Source: Bilabrum cf. latius (lineage: Eukaryota). Taken from it: a DNA stretch of 64,000 bases. Position 1 is the stretch's first letter; every line of letters starts with the position of its first letter. The stretch spans positions 682,001-746,000 of the forward strand of contig OZ237757.1 of the NCBI GenBank assembly GCA_965178125.1, read 5' to 3'. This document shows, piece after piece, positions 1 to 14,200 of the stretch. The notes below the pieces were generated by a model. That model did no database searches and had not been told where the DNA came from. It worked only from the letters and a program-made list of their open reading frames with translations. Both the position numbers and the translations under genes were made by a program.

Positions 1-1
1 G

Positions 2-1480
2 GCTGCCCTGCGGCGGGCTGCCCCCGAGCTGGCGGACGCGCTGGCCTCCCAGCAGCTGGGCGGCTCCCGCGCCTTTGTGCGCGTGGACGACGAGATGCTG
101 GATGAGATGAGGAGGACGGACCGCTAGCTCCAAGCCAGGATCAGGGCCGTGATGACCGATTTCGCAGGGGAGGACGTGGTGGGTGCCCAGGGAGCGGGGG
201 CCGGGGACGACGCTGCCACAGAGATCGAGGGGCTGCAGACGCCCGCAAGGAGCTTGGCGGGCGGCGACGGGGACGGGGACGGGGACGGTTTCGGGGACGA
301 CGGGTTCGGCGGGGGCTTCGGGGACGCTGACATGGGGGGCGTGGGCGGCGGCTTCGAGGACGACATCGGCGACGGCTTCGGCATGGGCATGGACGGCGAC
401 GGCTTTGGCATGGAGGGCGGCCCGCTGGGGGATGGCGAGCCAGGCGCCCCCGTGGACGAGGAGGCCGAGGTGGACGCTGCGGATGCAGGGCTGGCGGCCG
501 CGACGGGCGCCCTTGCGGACACCCTCATGGAGGCGGCGGCAGGGGATGCCGCTGCCCTGGCCATGGGACCCGAGGCCAACGCCGCCGTGCTCGCCGCTGA
601 AGCAGAGGCCGAGGCATAGGGCAAGGGCACCGGGGCCAACCTGGCAGCCGGGGAGGATGCAGACGCCGCTGCCGCTGCTGCTGCTGCTGCGGACGACGAG
701 GACGAGGACGAGGGCGGCAGGGTGAGTGGGCTAGCCAGCGCCGCCATGCCCGTGCACAAGTGGCACTCCAGAACCAAGGCCGTCCTGCGCGCTGTGGGCG
801 ACGCCATGGAGGCGGAAGGGGGCGAGGGTGCCAGCGCGGAGCAGGATGCCAGCGTGGGCTTCACGGCGCTCGTGGACGGGGGCGGCAGGCGCCTGGCGGC
901 CCTGGCCTTCCACGAGCTGCTGATGCTGCGGAGCTGGAACGTGGTGGGTCTGGAGCAGGAGGAGCCCTACGGCGAGATCGAGATCGGCAAGGGGCCCCGC
1001 TTCGACAGCTCCTGCGGGGCACTCGACGCGGGAGCGGCTGCGGCTCGTGCTGCCGCGCTGGCTCCTGCGTCTGCGTCTGCGTCTGCGGTGCGGCCCTCGG
1101 GGGGGAGCGGGGACGAGGCCCCGGCAGTCCGAGGAGCCTCCTCGTCGTCATCGTCGTCTTCTGCTGCCGCTGCATCGTCATCGTCTTCCGGTTCCTCCTC
1201 GCGCCGTCGCCGCGCCTCTGCGCCCGCTACCGAGTCCAAGTCGGATGGCGAGCAGGAGGATGAGGAGGAGGAAGGGCAAGGCGGTGGGGAGGATAAAGAC
1301 GTTGAAGCTGATGAGATGGCTTCTAGCAGGGGCCGCAGCATGCTGGGGAAGAAGCGTGCGCGCCCTGGCAAGTCAGCATCTGCGTCCGGAGGTGGAGGGT
1401 CCAGGCGTAGCCGGGGCAAGGGTAAGAAGGGTGCTTCGGGAGGAAGAGCGCCCACTCGCAGAAGTTCCAGGGTGAGGTGA
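2..1480 (+). CDS. Rad21/Rec8-family cohesin kleisin, 3' portion (5' end outside window); in-frame TAGs at 125 and 617
   Basis: Frame 2 is open from base 2 to TGA at 1478-1480 if TAG is sense. C-terminal winged-helix motif RRLAALAFHELLMLRSWNVVGLEQEEPYGEIEI is typical of the Rad21_Rec8 C-terminus; it is preceded by an acidic low-complexity linker. Confidence 0.8.
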
Positions 1481-1782
1481 ATGCTTTGTGACAGCACTGG
1501 GTCGTTTGGGACCATTTTCTGGGCATGCTTGAGATGTCATTGCTTCCGTTCTGTTGCTTCAGACAGAATCACGGCACAGCGAACAAGCGATGCATGTACA
1601 TCGGTGACACCAACACTGGGTGCGAATTTAGCGGTTGGTTTAGGAGCCATGCTTGGAGCGATTCGACGGTTGCCCCAGCGAGAAACTCTGGTTTTCCATC
1701 GCCGCTATTCCGTTGTAACGTGCTGTCGTGCCAAGTTTGGGTCGCCACGAGCGCTAATCTCATTCGCTTGCCGTATACAGAC

Positions 1783-4700
1783 ATGCTTACGGTACTTGCA
1801 GCGGGTCTCCTGGTAGTAAAGGGACTGGCACTGAATATCAGCCGGTTCGATGAGGTGTTGCCTGCGTCCGAGGCTGGCTGGACGGCCGAGTTGAGTGTGG
1901 TCGACCTGAACCGGTCGCCCATGTCGTTTGAGCCGGGGAAGACGGTCATCCGCACAATGAATGGACATTACATGACCGCTGAAGTCCCTGAAGAAGGCCG
2001 AGAGCAGACTATAGTGCTGGCATCATCCATGGCTGGTGTTGCGCCACCAAATATGACCTTCCTCGGCGAGGATGGGCCGAAATCTGGAGCCAGCACGGGA
2101 GATACAGCCTTTGCAGCAAGTCCCAACGGCCGGTATGTTGCTGTGTACGCAAAAGTGCCTGATTCTCTGTCCGGTTCAGGTGCGCAATACTTCTCCATCT
2201 ACGACGCCGAGACCGGGATGTCGGCTCGCCTCGGTGGCGACTACTTCGGCGAAGGGAAGTGGCCTCAAGGCTTCAACAACACCAACTCCGGGCGCGGCGG
2301 CCTGCCGATTTGGTTAGGGGGCGATGTAATATGTTTTGCTGTGGGCTTTGACATGCCAGATGGAAACTCCGGTCGACACCTGGGCTGCTGGGACCGGCGT
2401 CTTCCGGCCGGGCAGGGTTAGCTCGTGATCGTCGGAAATAGCACGGGCGCAGATGGAGCGGTTGCGCTACCAGGAAGCAAACGCATCTGTATGGTTGCAA
2501 ATCCGAGTGCTTCGCACGGCCGCGAGCTCTACTGCGTCGATTTGAGTGTCGTGTCCTCCCAGCCCGTCGCGTTTCTCGCCGCCGATATCGTCCCCGGACC
2601 TGATTCTAGCATGCCATCGTTTGATCCGTATTTGCTCCCCGCAAACGGTGATTGGATATGCATGTTTTTTCAGCGGAGCTCAGGCGGGCCCACTGAGATC
2701 GGCTGCATGGAATTCGGCTCGGACGAGGTCACCATATCAGATTAGCAAGTCGCACTAAGCGAACACTACGGCGCCGTGCCTGGCTCTTACGTCTTCCCCT
2801 GCGGCTCCTACTCAATGAATAAGTTCTGCGCCTTCAACTACACGAGCGGAAATACAACCAAGATGGTGGTGCAGGACCCAGCCAACGCCGGCCAGTCGGA
2901 CTCCGCCGAGGGCGCCCACTTCCTTGGCGAGGTAGTCCTCGCCCAGTACTTCCAGAAGTCCTCGGGACATGCCCGCATGGCTGCGTGGGTCCCCTCCAAC
3001 GGGAGCTATTCGTACGACCTGGCACAAGGGCTGGGCCTCGAGCGCGAGATCGGGAGCCCCCGGAAAACCCACGCCATCGACGGCACCCGCCTGCTGGCCT
3101 ACCTGCCCTCGGTCAACTCCGCCAGCACCCCTCTCCGGGTTGTGCTCATCGACTGCACCGACCCAGCCGACATCCAGGTGGACATGGTGCAGGGGCCATG
3201 GGACTCATACCTGTCCTCGACCCAGCCCAGGGACAGCGACATCAGCATGGTCGAGCTCCCAGGGGCCGGCAAGGGCGGGGCCGTGGCAGCCGCCATCGGA
3301 GATCCCCAGGGCGTGTACTTCTGGAACGGAGACCTGCAGGACGCCGCCGTCAGGATCACGGAGGGGTACTCCAAGTCCAAGGCGCTCCTCCCGGTGGGGC
3401 CCTTCCGAGGCACCCCCGTCGGCCTCGTGCTGTCTCTGGAGAACTCGTTTGGAACGTTCTCGCAGGCCAAGGTGGCCCTGCCCGACCCCGATACCCTGGT
3501 GGTGACCCCAGTGGAGGTGCTGCCCGCCCCTGACGCGACAGAGGGCATCTCTAGCCCGACCACCAACACCCGAATTATGCAGAACGCCAACGGATGGACG
3601 TGCCACCTGGACGCTCTAGTCGGCAAGAACGACGACGCGGTGTGCTTCGACCCTGCGACCCTCGAGGCACTCACGGCCGAGGAGATGCCGGACTCCCCGC
3701 ACGCCCCCAACATCACGTACAGGTACATGGCCGAGGACATGAACAGCTACGATGTCATCCGCTCCGCAGACGGCATGATCATTTCCATGAATTATGACAC
3801 GCACGACCGCATCTTCTTCTTCGACGGCGAGCACAGGCCCTTCCTGGTCGGACCGATCGACCCGACCGGCGACGACCGCCCCAACAACGGACTTGCCGCC
3901 GTGACCCTGCAAAACCAGCGCTTCGTGTGCTTCCAGTACGGCATCTACAACTACCAGCAGGGGCAGGAGATGGTCATGCACGACACACACACCAACAACT
4001 GGACCATGGCAGACATCGACCCCACCCCGCGAGCTCAGCCTACCGTTGCAGGAGCCTTTGCCGCATTCGACCGCTACTGCATGTTTCTGGCCCAGCACCC
4101 GACCTCAGGCTGGGAGTGGTTCTACTGGGACTCGATGGACGTGCAAGCAGGCCCGCAGATGCTGAACGGCTCTGCGAGGGGCTTGAGGGCCACGAGCATC
4201 GGTCCAAACTAGGACGATTTTTCCGTCGTCGAGAGCGGCAGCATGTGGTCCATCACCTACAAACTATCCGATGACGGCAGCGTGCAGTCGGTGGCCCTGC
4301 AGCAGCAGACAGACGGGACTCTAGCCCTTGCCCAATCAGCTGCAATCCCCGGAGCGATATCCTACAGCAAGATCGCGCCCATCGCTGGAACCACTGATAC
4401 GCTGCTGTTCAGCACAGACACCCCGTAGCGGATCAGGAGACTCAATACATCCATGCAGGGCGGTAGATACACAGATCTCGTGTCGCCTTCCCAGACCAAG
4501 GTGGACATGTGGGACGTGTACAACGCCACGCACATGGTGGCCATCATGGACAACACGAGCAGGAGCAGCGAGCCCGAGGGACTCTGCCTCTTCAGCATCG
4601 ACCAGGGCACCTGCGACCTTTTCATCACCCCCATGTTTGGCAAAAGCTCACGGAAACTCACCGCCATTCCCAACGGGTACATCTGCCTAGAGACATGGGA

Positions 4701-5754
4701 CAGGGACGTCCTCTACTCGAGGGACGTAGCCTGCTGGCCAGGGTGGGGCGACCGTCTCATCGCCGTGGATGTGGTGCAAGAGGGTACGGGCGAGACCTGG
4801 GGCAACGTGTACACATACACGCCGCGGTACGACGGGCAGGAGGGCGTGACGGTCAGCATGAAGCACCCGAGGTACGGCCAGGAACTCATCGAGTTCCGGT
4901 TGGTGCAACCCAGCCCCTCGCCCTCGCCCACTCCGACCCCAAGCGTGTCCCCCAGCATCACACCGTCCACGAGCCCATCTATAACACCCAGCGCAACCCC
5001 CAGCATTACGCCATCCACGAGTCCGTCCACGAGCCCGTCCGCGTCGCCGTCCACGAGCCCCTCGCCTGCTGCTGCAGCGGCCCCGTCCTCCGTGCCCCGG
5101 AGGTCCCGCGGCAGGGGCAAGGCCAGCACGCCAAAGACCAATTCCGAGTCGTGCGCCGTAGGATCCACGGCTGGATCGGCCGAGCTGCTGCTCCAAACCT
5201 CGGTGTCGGTGGAGGGTGCCACCCCAGCCCAAGTGGGCTGCGACAACGCAGAGCAGCTCGTGGCTGCCGCCGCGCAGGCTGCCAGCATCGACGCCGACGA
5301 GGTGACGTACTGGCTGTAGGCCACCGCGACAGGCGGTACCGAGTTGGTCATGCAGGTGCCCGTCCCGTCCAGGGAGCAGGGCGAGATGGTGCTGCAAGGC
5401 CTGGAAACGGTGCTCGGCGACGGCGCCCAGACCGCCTCTTTGTTGCAGGACGCGCCCGCTGGCGCGCAGGTCTCGTGGGAACGGGGCGGTGAGGAGGTGA
5501 CGTTCGTGGCCGAGTCGCCCTACGTGGAGGAGGTAGATGACGACGGTCTCGAGCTGTGGGTCATCGTGCTTATCGCTTTAGTTGGTGCCGTCGTCATCGG
5601 CACCGCGGCGTACTTTTTCATGTGCGGCGGCGCGTGCTGCAAGAAGGAGAGGAAGGACGAGCAGAAGGACAGTAAGGCCAAGGGTGCTGAGGGGGGTGCT
5701 GCAGCTAAGCCAGTGGCGGGCTTCGAGTCGGTAACGGCTGCATAGCAGGTTTGA
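1783..5754 (+). CDS. Type I membrane/surface protein (~1320 aa) with ELWxxDGT-like beta-propeller repeats, Ser/Pro stalk and C-terminal TM helix
   Basis: ORFs 1525, 2425, 2776, 4243, 4453 and 5344 share one frame and are separated only by TAG. Signal-like MLTVLAAGLLVV; repeats SHGRELYCVD, HPTSGWEWFYWD, HPRYGQELIEF; (SPS)n stalk; TM LWVIVLIALVGAVVIGTAAYFF; ends TGA 5752-5754. Start codon inferred. Confidence 0.75.
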
Positions 5755-6002
5755 TCCGTGCATCTCAGATTCTAAATACAGCGAATTCCCTGTCCCAGGG
5801 ATCACGATTGAACTCCATGAAATTTTGTCGAACTATTTTATTTGGTTAAGGATTAATTAAGTGGGGAGCATCCTATCTATGTTTCCACACATTTAAATCA
5901 AATCGAATTGATCCGGGATTTCCGGTACCGGGACCTGGTTCAGACCCTGGAGCCAAGTGGTCACGAATGCCTGGACATTCGTGACCATTTGGCTCCAGGG
6001 GC

Positions 6003-8363
6003 TCAAGCATCACAGAACGTCCAAGTGTGGTTGTTTTGCGGGCCCGGCATGCAATGCTCGGGGATCTTGGTCTTGCTCACCGACAGGTTGATCTGAGCAT
6101 TTGCCTGGAACTGCCTGACCGCATCGCTCATCTTGCGTACCAGGGCCTCGTTGCTGTCGGCGATGTTGTGGTGCTCGCACGGGTCAGACCCGATATCGAA
6201 CAGGCAGGGCGCCTTGCCTGGCTTGCAGCCGAATTGTGCTGGGGGAAGGGGGCAGCTCAACGTGAAGGACTCGTTGAAGGACTGGCCTGGGGTCTGGTGC
6301 CAGCCGCCGTCCGTGGTCTGAAAGTCTCCGTACATGTACTTGTATGCGCCCTCCCTGTACACTCCCTGTGCGTATGATGCCCCGCTACCTACGGATGCAG
6401 CCGCCCTATCAAGCTCCGACTGTTGCTCAGCAGTGACCGAGTAGTGCACGATGCTGCTTCGGTCCGACTTGGAGCCGACTGCCTGGGCGAGGGACTGCCA
6501 CACCGACATGCCATCCCCGGGGAGGAAGGGCACGTTCCCGGCGGCATGATATGCGGACGACGCGTGCGTCTCGATCGATGATGGCGACCCGTCCTCTTGT
6601 GCTCTTGCGCGCACCATCTGCAGCACCCTTTGCGAGGCGGGACTGGACGCATCCGAGCCGTCGATGCCCAGAGCAGCTGCCTCGGACAGGGTAAAGAACC
6701 AGTCCGACACGTGCATCATCCCCATCCACACAGTGCCTCGCACGGACGGGCTGAGGCCGGGCCCAGCGATGGCGCCCACGCCCCTGAGCCCTCCGTCAAA
6801 GAGGTCGTGCTTCTGCCCGTACAGGGGCATGTTGGAGGCGCTGTTGCCGCCGATCGTGGCCGGGCCCCCATTGTCGGTCGACACTGCGAACGGATGCCAG
6901 GGTGGGACGAAGGGTGAATGCACGCATGAGCAGCGTGGCCCTTGGCAACAGGGAAAAACTCTCAGTGACCCACGGCCACGCTAGTTGGCAGCCAATAGCA
7001 CCGAGCGCATTTACTCACGAATCAGTATGGTATCCTCCAGCATGCCCTCCTCCTGCAGCGCCTACACGATCGCACCCACACCGTCATCCATGCAAGACAC
7101 CATCGCTGCAACCGTGCGCCGCTTCGGGTCGTCGATGTGCGGGAAGCGGGACATGCACTCTGGTGGCGCCTAAATTGCTGCGGGAAAAGAAAAGAAAAAA
7201 GACTCAACCAACAGTAAACATTATCATCAATGGATCTCTTCTGTCAGAATTAAGCTGGAGGCATGGATGGCTGCTGAACATGGGCACCGGGGCCGGGCCA
7301 GGCTGCGGGGCACGGGTCGCGTGCATTATCGGTGCCGGCTCTATCGGCCTCGCAAGGCCCTCGTGCTACGCCTGGATTCCCCATTTAGCTGCGAACTCAC
7401 GAGCATGCATGGTCTGCCACGCGTGGTAGTGGAACAGGGGCGCGTCGACTTCTCCCTGCTGATTGCGGTGCTCTGCCGCGTGCTTGCGGATGATGCCGAC
7501 TGTCGCGTTGGTCATCACATAGGTGCTGTACGTGCCGTTGGCAGCGAGGTCGGTATCGTTGCCCAGGTGCCAGTCGTACCCGCCCAGCCTCGAATGGATG
7601 AAATAATCCTGCTCGCCCAGCCAGTAGCCCTAGTAGTAGGAATCGAACCCGCGCGCGACGGGGGTGAGCTCCTCTTTCAGCGTGTTGTCCAGGTGCCACT
7701 TGCCCACCATGCTGGGGTTCTCGTACCCAAGAGGCTTGAGCACCTGGGGGAGGATGAGGCAGTTTCCGTCCCCGGGTCGGTTGCAGCTGGAGTTGAAGGC
7801 GACGTAGGAGGGCAGCACGAATGGGTCGTACACGCCAGTGTGGATGGTGGCGCGGCCGCTCAGCAGCGAGGCGCGAGTGGGGCTGCGATGCGACAGACTT
7901 GACAAGTTCAGAATTCGAACGCAGTAGCTTATTTTCTAGTTTCTTCTTTCAGCTTGTTTCGATTGGCCTCACCTGCACACGGGATTGACGTAATAATTGT
8001 CCAGCCTCCGGCCCCGAGATGCGATTCCATCAATGTTTGGAGTCGGGATCTGGTTGCTTCCATGCTGCAAGGGTCAAATAGGAACCGATCGTGGGCATAC
8101 ATGGCACCATCAAGCCCGCAACGCTTCTGTGCAGTCTGTACAGGTGCATACCATGGAAACGTCATTCCACCCCATATCGTCTGCTATTGAAGAGCTGAAG
8201 AGATAAACTTGCAATAGTGTTAAAGTCTTCAGTACGATTCTTGAACCCAGAATTGCTCACCTACAAGCAGAAATACCTGCAAATTGCGGCAAACATAGGA
8301 CAAAACATGGGATCCAATAGCGACTGGTTGCACGATATTCTTTCGGACGATCCGATGATTCAT
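6003..8363 (-). CDS. Arylsulfatase B-like sulfatase, multi-exon (5' end approximate)
   Basis: Spliced motifs VFLLVDDMGWND, TPNID, YYVNPVCSPTRASLLSGR (CxPxR), GKWHL, STDNGG, LFDIGSDPCEHHNIA. GT-AG introns at about 8065-8151 and 7883-7972 restore the motifs exactly; further introns likely. Ends TGA. Confidence 0.85.
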
Positions 8364-8582
8364 CTCACAATATGAGGGCGTTTCGCCTCTGTTACTAATG
8401 CATGTATCGCGCATAGAGCTACCACACACGATACTCCTTTCATTCCGGCAAATACAGTCTCGGTTGCACTTGCTCAAAAAATCTTGATTTTCGGCAAGTT
8501 GCACGGAACTACCGGCAATGGAGGGCGCAAAATATCCCCCCGAGCCGCGAGTTGAGCGAGCATCGTACGCCCCCCAATGAAA

Positions 8583-10199
8583 TCAACCTTCATCTGTGGT
8601 GGTCTTGCACAGCCTGAGAAACGAGTTGCCGTGCGCGGGCACCGCGGGCTGGCTCACGACCCCCGTCGCCGTCCCTTGCTCCTCGTGCGACCAGAGGTCA
8701 CGCACTTGCGCCACCGTGCCCGCCCCCCACCCGACGAGCGGCAGCTCCTCAAATCTCACGCCGACCTCCGAAGGACTCTCCGTCGGGTTGAGCAGGACCA
8801 CCGCCACGCACCCATCGGACTCGGAGTCGGAAGCCCTGGACAGCGGTCTGACCCACGCTGCCCTGGGCGGCTTCTCGCAGCTGCAGTTGTGCCTGGCCTG
8901 GTCGTCCTCGGACCCGCATCCGATGGAGATATCGTCGCAGTAGAAGAGACCCTTGCAGCCCCCTTGCGTCCACATGCGCTCCGTGCCGTCAGTGTAGCAC
9001 CCGAACGTCTCGCCCTCCGTGCACTGGGCGCGATGGGACTGCTGGTGCCACAGCGTGGCGTTGCACGATGGCCGATCTGTCTTGGTGGCGCCAGTTGTTG
9101 TTGTTGCTGTTGTTGCTGTTGTTGCTGCTGTAAATCCAGATCCGATCTCGCTTGTCAGACCGACAGATCCACTCGTCAGACCGACAGATCCATCCACCCG
9201 CGGCTCGCTCTTCCATGGAAGCACCGCGATGTGGTCGAAGTGCTCCGTGTCTTTGAACACATCGATGACCTCTCTGTTCATGAGCACCCCTTTCATGAAG
9301 TCGGTCATGTTCCTGGGATCAGTGGCGAAGAGCATCTGGCCGCCCGCAACCGCCCAAATCGCGAACTCGGTCATGTACTCGTCCTCCGTCTGCCCCGGGC
9401 AGCGGGTACCCGGAGCCGAAAAGTTCCCGCAGCCCGCGCCGCCCGTCATGAGAAAATCGGGGTCGGGGAACCCCTGATCTGCCCCTGGCCCCCAGTAGCT
9501 CGTCCTGTTGTCCTGCAGGAACTTGACCACGGAGACAGTGGAGGGCCAGTTGTCGTGGTGATCGGTGAACACCCTGAAGGAGTTGCCGTACTGCGCGCAC
9601 GATTCCGTGTACCAGCAGTGGAAATAAAGCCATACAGGGGCTTTGGTCCGTCCGAGCGCCCCTGAGAAGTTGGCCGTGAGCTGCTCAGGACTGAATCCAC
9701 CTGGCGCCCCGCAGCCGTCGAGCTTGACCACGGATACGTTCCAGCGCGCGAACGTGGCAGCATCTTGCGCGTAGTAGGGCCATGATCCCGCGAATTGAGG
9801 ATGGCAGCCTGTCGCGCCCCAATCCGTGTATACGCCCGCTGCAAAGCCCATAGCGTTGAGTTTTGCGATGAATGCTGGCATTCCTTCCGGGAATCGATCG
9901 GGATCACCCTCAATCTCCTTCGTCACCGGATTTCGATGCGACCAGCAATCGTCTAGATCAATGTGGTTCCAGCCCAGCTCCTGCATGCCTAAACTCTTGA
10001 TCGTGCGCGCGACGTCGAGCACCTCATCACTCGTGCACCAGTCCTAGGTGCAATCGTTCTGCGTGCACCACGTATTCCATCCCATGAGTGGCCGTCTCGG
10101 AATTCCAGGCGTAGCCTTCGACGCCGCAGAACTGCTGTAGAGCGCTACAGCCAGAATCATTGCCTGCATCGTCAACTGCAACTGCGGCTCCGGCGACAT
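8583..10199 (-). CDS. GH27 alpha-galactosidase / alpha-N-acetylgalactosaminidase (~538 aa)
   Basis: PLMGWNTW, IDLDDCW, DPDRFPEGM, VKLDGC, FPDPDFL motifs. One in-frame TAG (10044-10046) joins the signal peptide and MGWNTW region to ORF 8583..10022. Confidence 0.9.
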
Positions 10200-11261
10200 G
10201 CACCGTAGCTATCGGCTCTGATATCGACACATGAAGAATTCAAAAACTCTATTCTGCATAAGTATATGTTTAAGGGCGCGAAGCTATAACTCTACCTTGC
10301 CTTAGTAGCCTTGTCACGGAGGATCCATCTAGTGGGGTCCACTGGCAGCACGCTACAACGCCCAGTTACAAGTCTACGTCGCGCTTGCGTTCCAAATGGA
10401 CACTGTATCCGTAGTATCCTGAGTAAGCAGAATGCAGCTGTATAGATATCTGATGGATTAGAGTCGGTGCGAAACGACACACTTCCTTCAAGTTGCCCCA
10501 TCTAGAGAAGCCGTGCTTCGACAGCGCAACCCCTCATGCCACACTCCAAGCAATCTTCCAAGCCACATCCCCCATACCCCGCTACAATTCCCACCAGACT
10601 ACCTCTCTAACCTCCGGTTGACTCTGCTATGCCGAACAGGGTTCACAGTCGCGCGGAAGCTGCCCCGATGCGACACGTCGCGGCGAGCGCTCAATCCCGA
10701 GCAAACGGCAGAAAGACGTCATTCTCTTAAAGGGCGTTAGAGGGACTCATTCTACCGTTTGCGCTGCATTGAGCGCCGCCGCGACATGCAGCAGCCACGC
10801 AGCTGCCGCGCGCCACGTACCGTCCGTCCTGCATGCAGCAAGCCTACAAGTAGGCAGGCCTGGAACAGAGCCATCCATCCGAGCGGCGAGTGATTCGGCT
10901 GGCGATGGACGGGACCCCATGCAGAGGAGCGCAAATTTCCAGACAACCAGACTGTTCCCTGGCCTCTGTCTGCACCCGCATGCCCGCACCCGCACGGGCA
11001 TGGGGGTCGTCCAGCACGCAGGTTTTAGCCGTCTGAAATGGGACTGTGGTGGGGAGGAGGAGGCGAAGGGGGCAAGAGAGGGAGGAAACCGGGGCAAATC
11101 AGCGACCACCATGCGGGCCCATATATGGACTGCCACTGGCTTGCATATTCGGGGTCACAGAGAGGCCTGGACCCTGGAAAATGCCGCCCACATCAGGCTA
11201 CATGCTGCCTGACTTGCGCTCGCAACCACGTGGTCTGCATACCACACCAACTGCGTTGCTC

Positions 11262-14200
11262 TCACGCAGGCCCCCAGCGGCCGTCCACTCCCGCGAGTCC
11301 GTTCCATGCCAACGCGCCCTCGCTCGACAGCCGCTGCAGCTCTTGCTGGAGCGAGGAGCCGGGTCGCGCCTTCCGTAATTGCGGAGTCAGTGCTGTGCCG
11401 TGTCGCGATCTGAACTCGCCACCAATGTCTGCCGCCGTCACCACCGCACCGCTGGCCGTCATGCACAGCCGCTTCACGATATCAACCAGCTCCTCGCCCA
11501 AGGCCACGGGAGAGGTCGGCACGCTCCCTAGTCCAGCGCTGCCAGCACCAGAACGGGCACTAGCCGGTGAGCTGCCGCGAGAGCTAGAAGCAGCGCTGCC
11601 CCCGAGTGCCGCGGCCAGCTGCACCCTGTCTGTACCCTCCCGAACAATGTACCCCTCTGCTTCCGCCGCTGCCAGGAGACCCTGGAGCCGAGTCCCGGGC
11701 TTCCATGCCACGAGCGCCTTCCGCATCTTCACGCCGGTCAGCTGCGTGTATTGGTTGCCGATGTCGGCTTGGCACGCGCTGCCGCCGACCCTGGCAACGA
11801 TCGATACGATCGCCTGGATCCAACCGTGCTGGGAGTTCGGTCTCGTAATGCCGTCCCATGCCTGGCTTGCTGCCGCCAGCAGGTGATCGCTAGACTCGGT
11901 GCTGACCGTGCCAGCGCCTGCACCGGCCGCCCCACCTGCAGCCGCGCCAGCCCCCCCCGACTCGGCCGACCCAGGCTCCGCGACCCGATCCGATCTGCTG
12001 CCCAGCACCACTTTGTCCACCGTGATCCACCGCAGCGCCTCCCGCTCAGCCGCCGCGTCCAGGATGGTCCTGATCCTCGTGCCCGGCCTCCAGCCCACCA
12101 GCGCCCTACCCATATTCTTCCTCGTCCTGGTGACGAAGTCGCTGCCGATGTCCGACTGGGTCGCTTCGCCGCCCCGGTGCCGCACGATGTCCACCACCAG
12201 ACGGATCCAGCCGGTCATCGATGTCGGGATGGCCGGGGAAGCAGCAGCTGGCGCCTCGGCAGGCGCGGGCGCGGTAGTCGATCGAGGGGCCGGTACGGGC
12301 GCGGGCTGAGGCGCAGGCTCAGGCTCGGGCGCGCGTCTGTGCTCCGCTACTCCCGGCCTGCCTCCGGCAACCAGCTAGAGCGTTTCTTCGCACAGGCCAG
12401 GAACTGCGGATGATGACATGGTGCCGCTCACCACCGAGACATCTGGCCCGAATCGAGACCCGATGGCCGAGCCTACCAGTGAGGCAGACCCGTCCTCGTC
12501 GACAAACCCACCAGCCCCAGCCCCCGAGCCAGCATCTCCTCGAAGACCAGCCGCTAGGTCTCGAGGTCGCAGCTCTCTCCCCCCGGACACGTGGACACGC
12601 CGCCCACCGTCCCCATCTTCCTGCTCCTCGTCATCGTCAGACACATACGCGCTGCTGATAGTCCCGTCGGTGCCACTGTCGAGCCCTTGCAGTGCAGTCG
12701 CCCTGGCGCCCGGTGCCGCCCCACTCTAATAGCCCTTGCCAGCATTCGACCCAATCGCGCTCGCCACGCTAGCTCCGGTTCCCCCTGCAGTCGCACGCCC
12801 GCTCCGATCACCCGGAGATCGCGCCTCGCCACCCCTTGCCTCGGTGCCGGACTCAGACCCTAGGGCGCTCCGACCAGAACCGCACTAGCTGCCTGAACCA
12901 CACAGTGCCCCGCCCTGACTTCGACCCGAGGCTGCCTCAGCACCAGAACCGCCCTGATCCCTGCGGCCCGACTCTCCTGCGAGGCCGAGCGTGGCTAGCC
13001 CCGAGCCCGAGTCTTGACCCTTTGCAGCGGTGGCTCCCCAGGACTTCTCTGCAGGTAGCCACCACCTCCCGTCCACTCCCCCCTTGCCGTTCCAATGCAG
13101 CTGCCCCCCCTTCACGAGCTTGTCCAGGACGTGCGCCATCAGGAACTCAGGATGGACCTCCTTGAGAGCCTCTGAGATTTTCCGGCCGAAACGCATCTTG
13201 AACCGGCTGCCGACCTCTGCCGACGGTACGTGGCTGCCCGGCGGCGACAGGCGAAACAGGTCCAGCAGCACGGCTTCCCATCGCCGCATCTCCCATCTGC
13301 TCACTTGCACAGGCGGCAAGCCAGCTTCGACCTGAGGTTCCGCCCGCGCGGCGCCCCCGGACTTGCTCCAGCCCCCCGAGGCCCCAGCACCCGGTGGCGG
13401 CCTGTACACGCCCCCCCCCCCCGCGACGGTCCTGGCCTGCCCCATGGCCAAAGAGGACGGGGTCAGGAGGGCGCCTCGGGTCCCACGGGCGCCAGCACCT
13501 GCCGACGTTCCAGACAGCAACTTTCCCCCGTCTACCCCTCTCTCAATCATCGAGGACGATGACGAGGCAGACGCGCCAGCTCTCCGGTGCTGCGACCCCC
13601 CACTGGCGGCGGCAGGCGCTGCAGAGGAGGACACAGAGCCGGCGCCATGAAGGGTGCCGCCAGTGGCTCTAGACGGCGTTGCAGTCATAGTTGATGCCAT
13701 CACGGACCTAACGCCATCCACAGATCCCGCCGTCCAGTGGTGCCCCCCTGCCGCCCCGACTCCCTATGCGCCTACCATGGGGGCATGGGCAGGGGCAGCG
13801 CTCCTCTGCCTTCGAGATCTCCTCCACGCCTCTTCCTAGGGGCCGGGGGGCTTGGCCGTGCGCCACGGTACTTCTACTCGGGCCTCGGGAGGTTTACTTT
13901 GCCCTTGCACCTGGTATTCGTCGTCTTCGTCGCGATCTTGATCCGGAGTGGGGGCGCGGGAGCTCTGGTCTGACGGTGCGGCATATCGGGTTGTGGATGG
14001 CTGGTGGGTGGCAGGCTCGCCTCTGATTCCCTCCGCAAACTAAACGGTGCCATCTTCCAGGCCCATGCCCTCCCCAGGGCCTCCACCTTTTGCTTGAGGC
14101 TGGATGGTGATGCGCGATGTGCGTGTGTCTTTAGTGGGCGGCGGCGTCGTTGCGAACTCCTCTATTCGCTTCGGGTCAAGCAGTACCACCGAATCCCGCC

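Noticed and set aside
10240-11260. Possible small genes between GH27 and the repeat protein
   Set aside because: No recognisable motifs or consistent frame; left unannotated.
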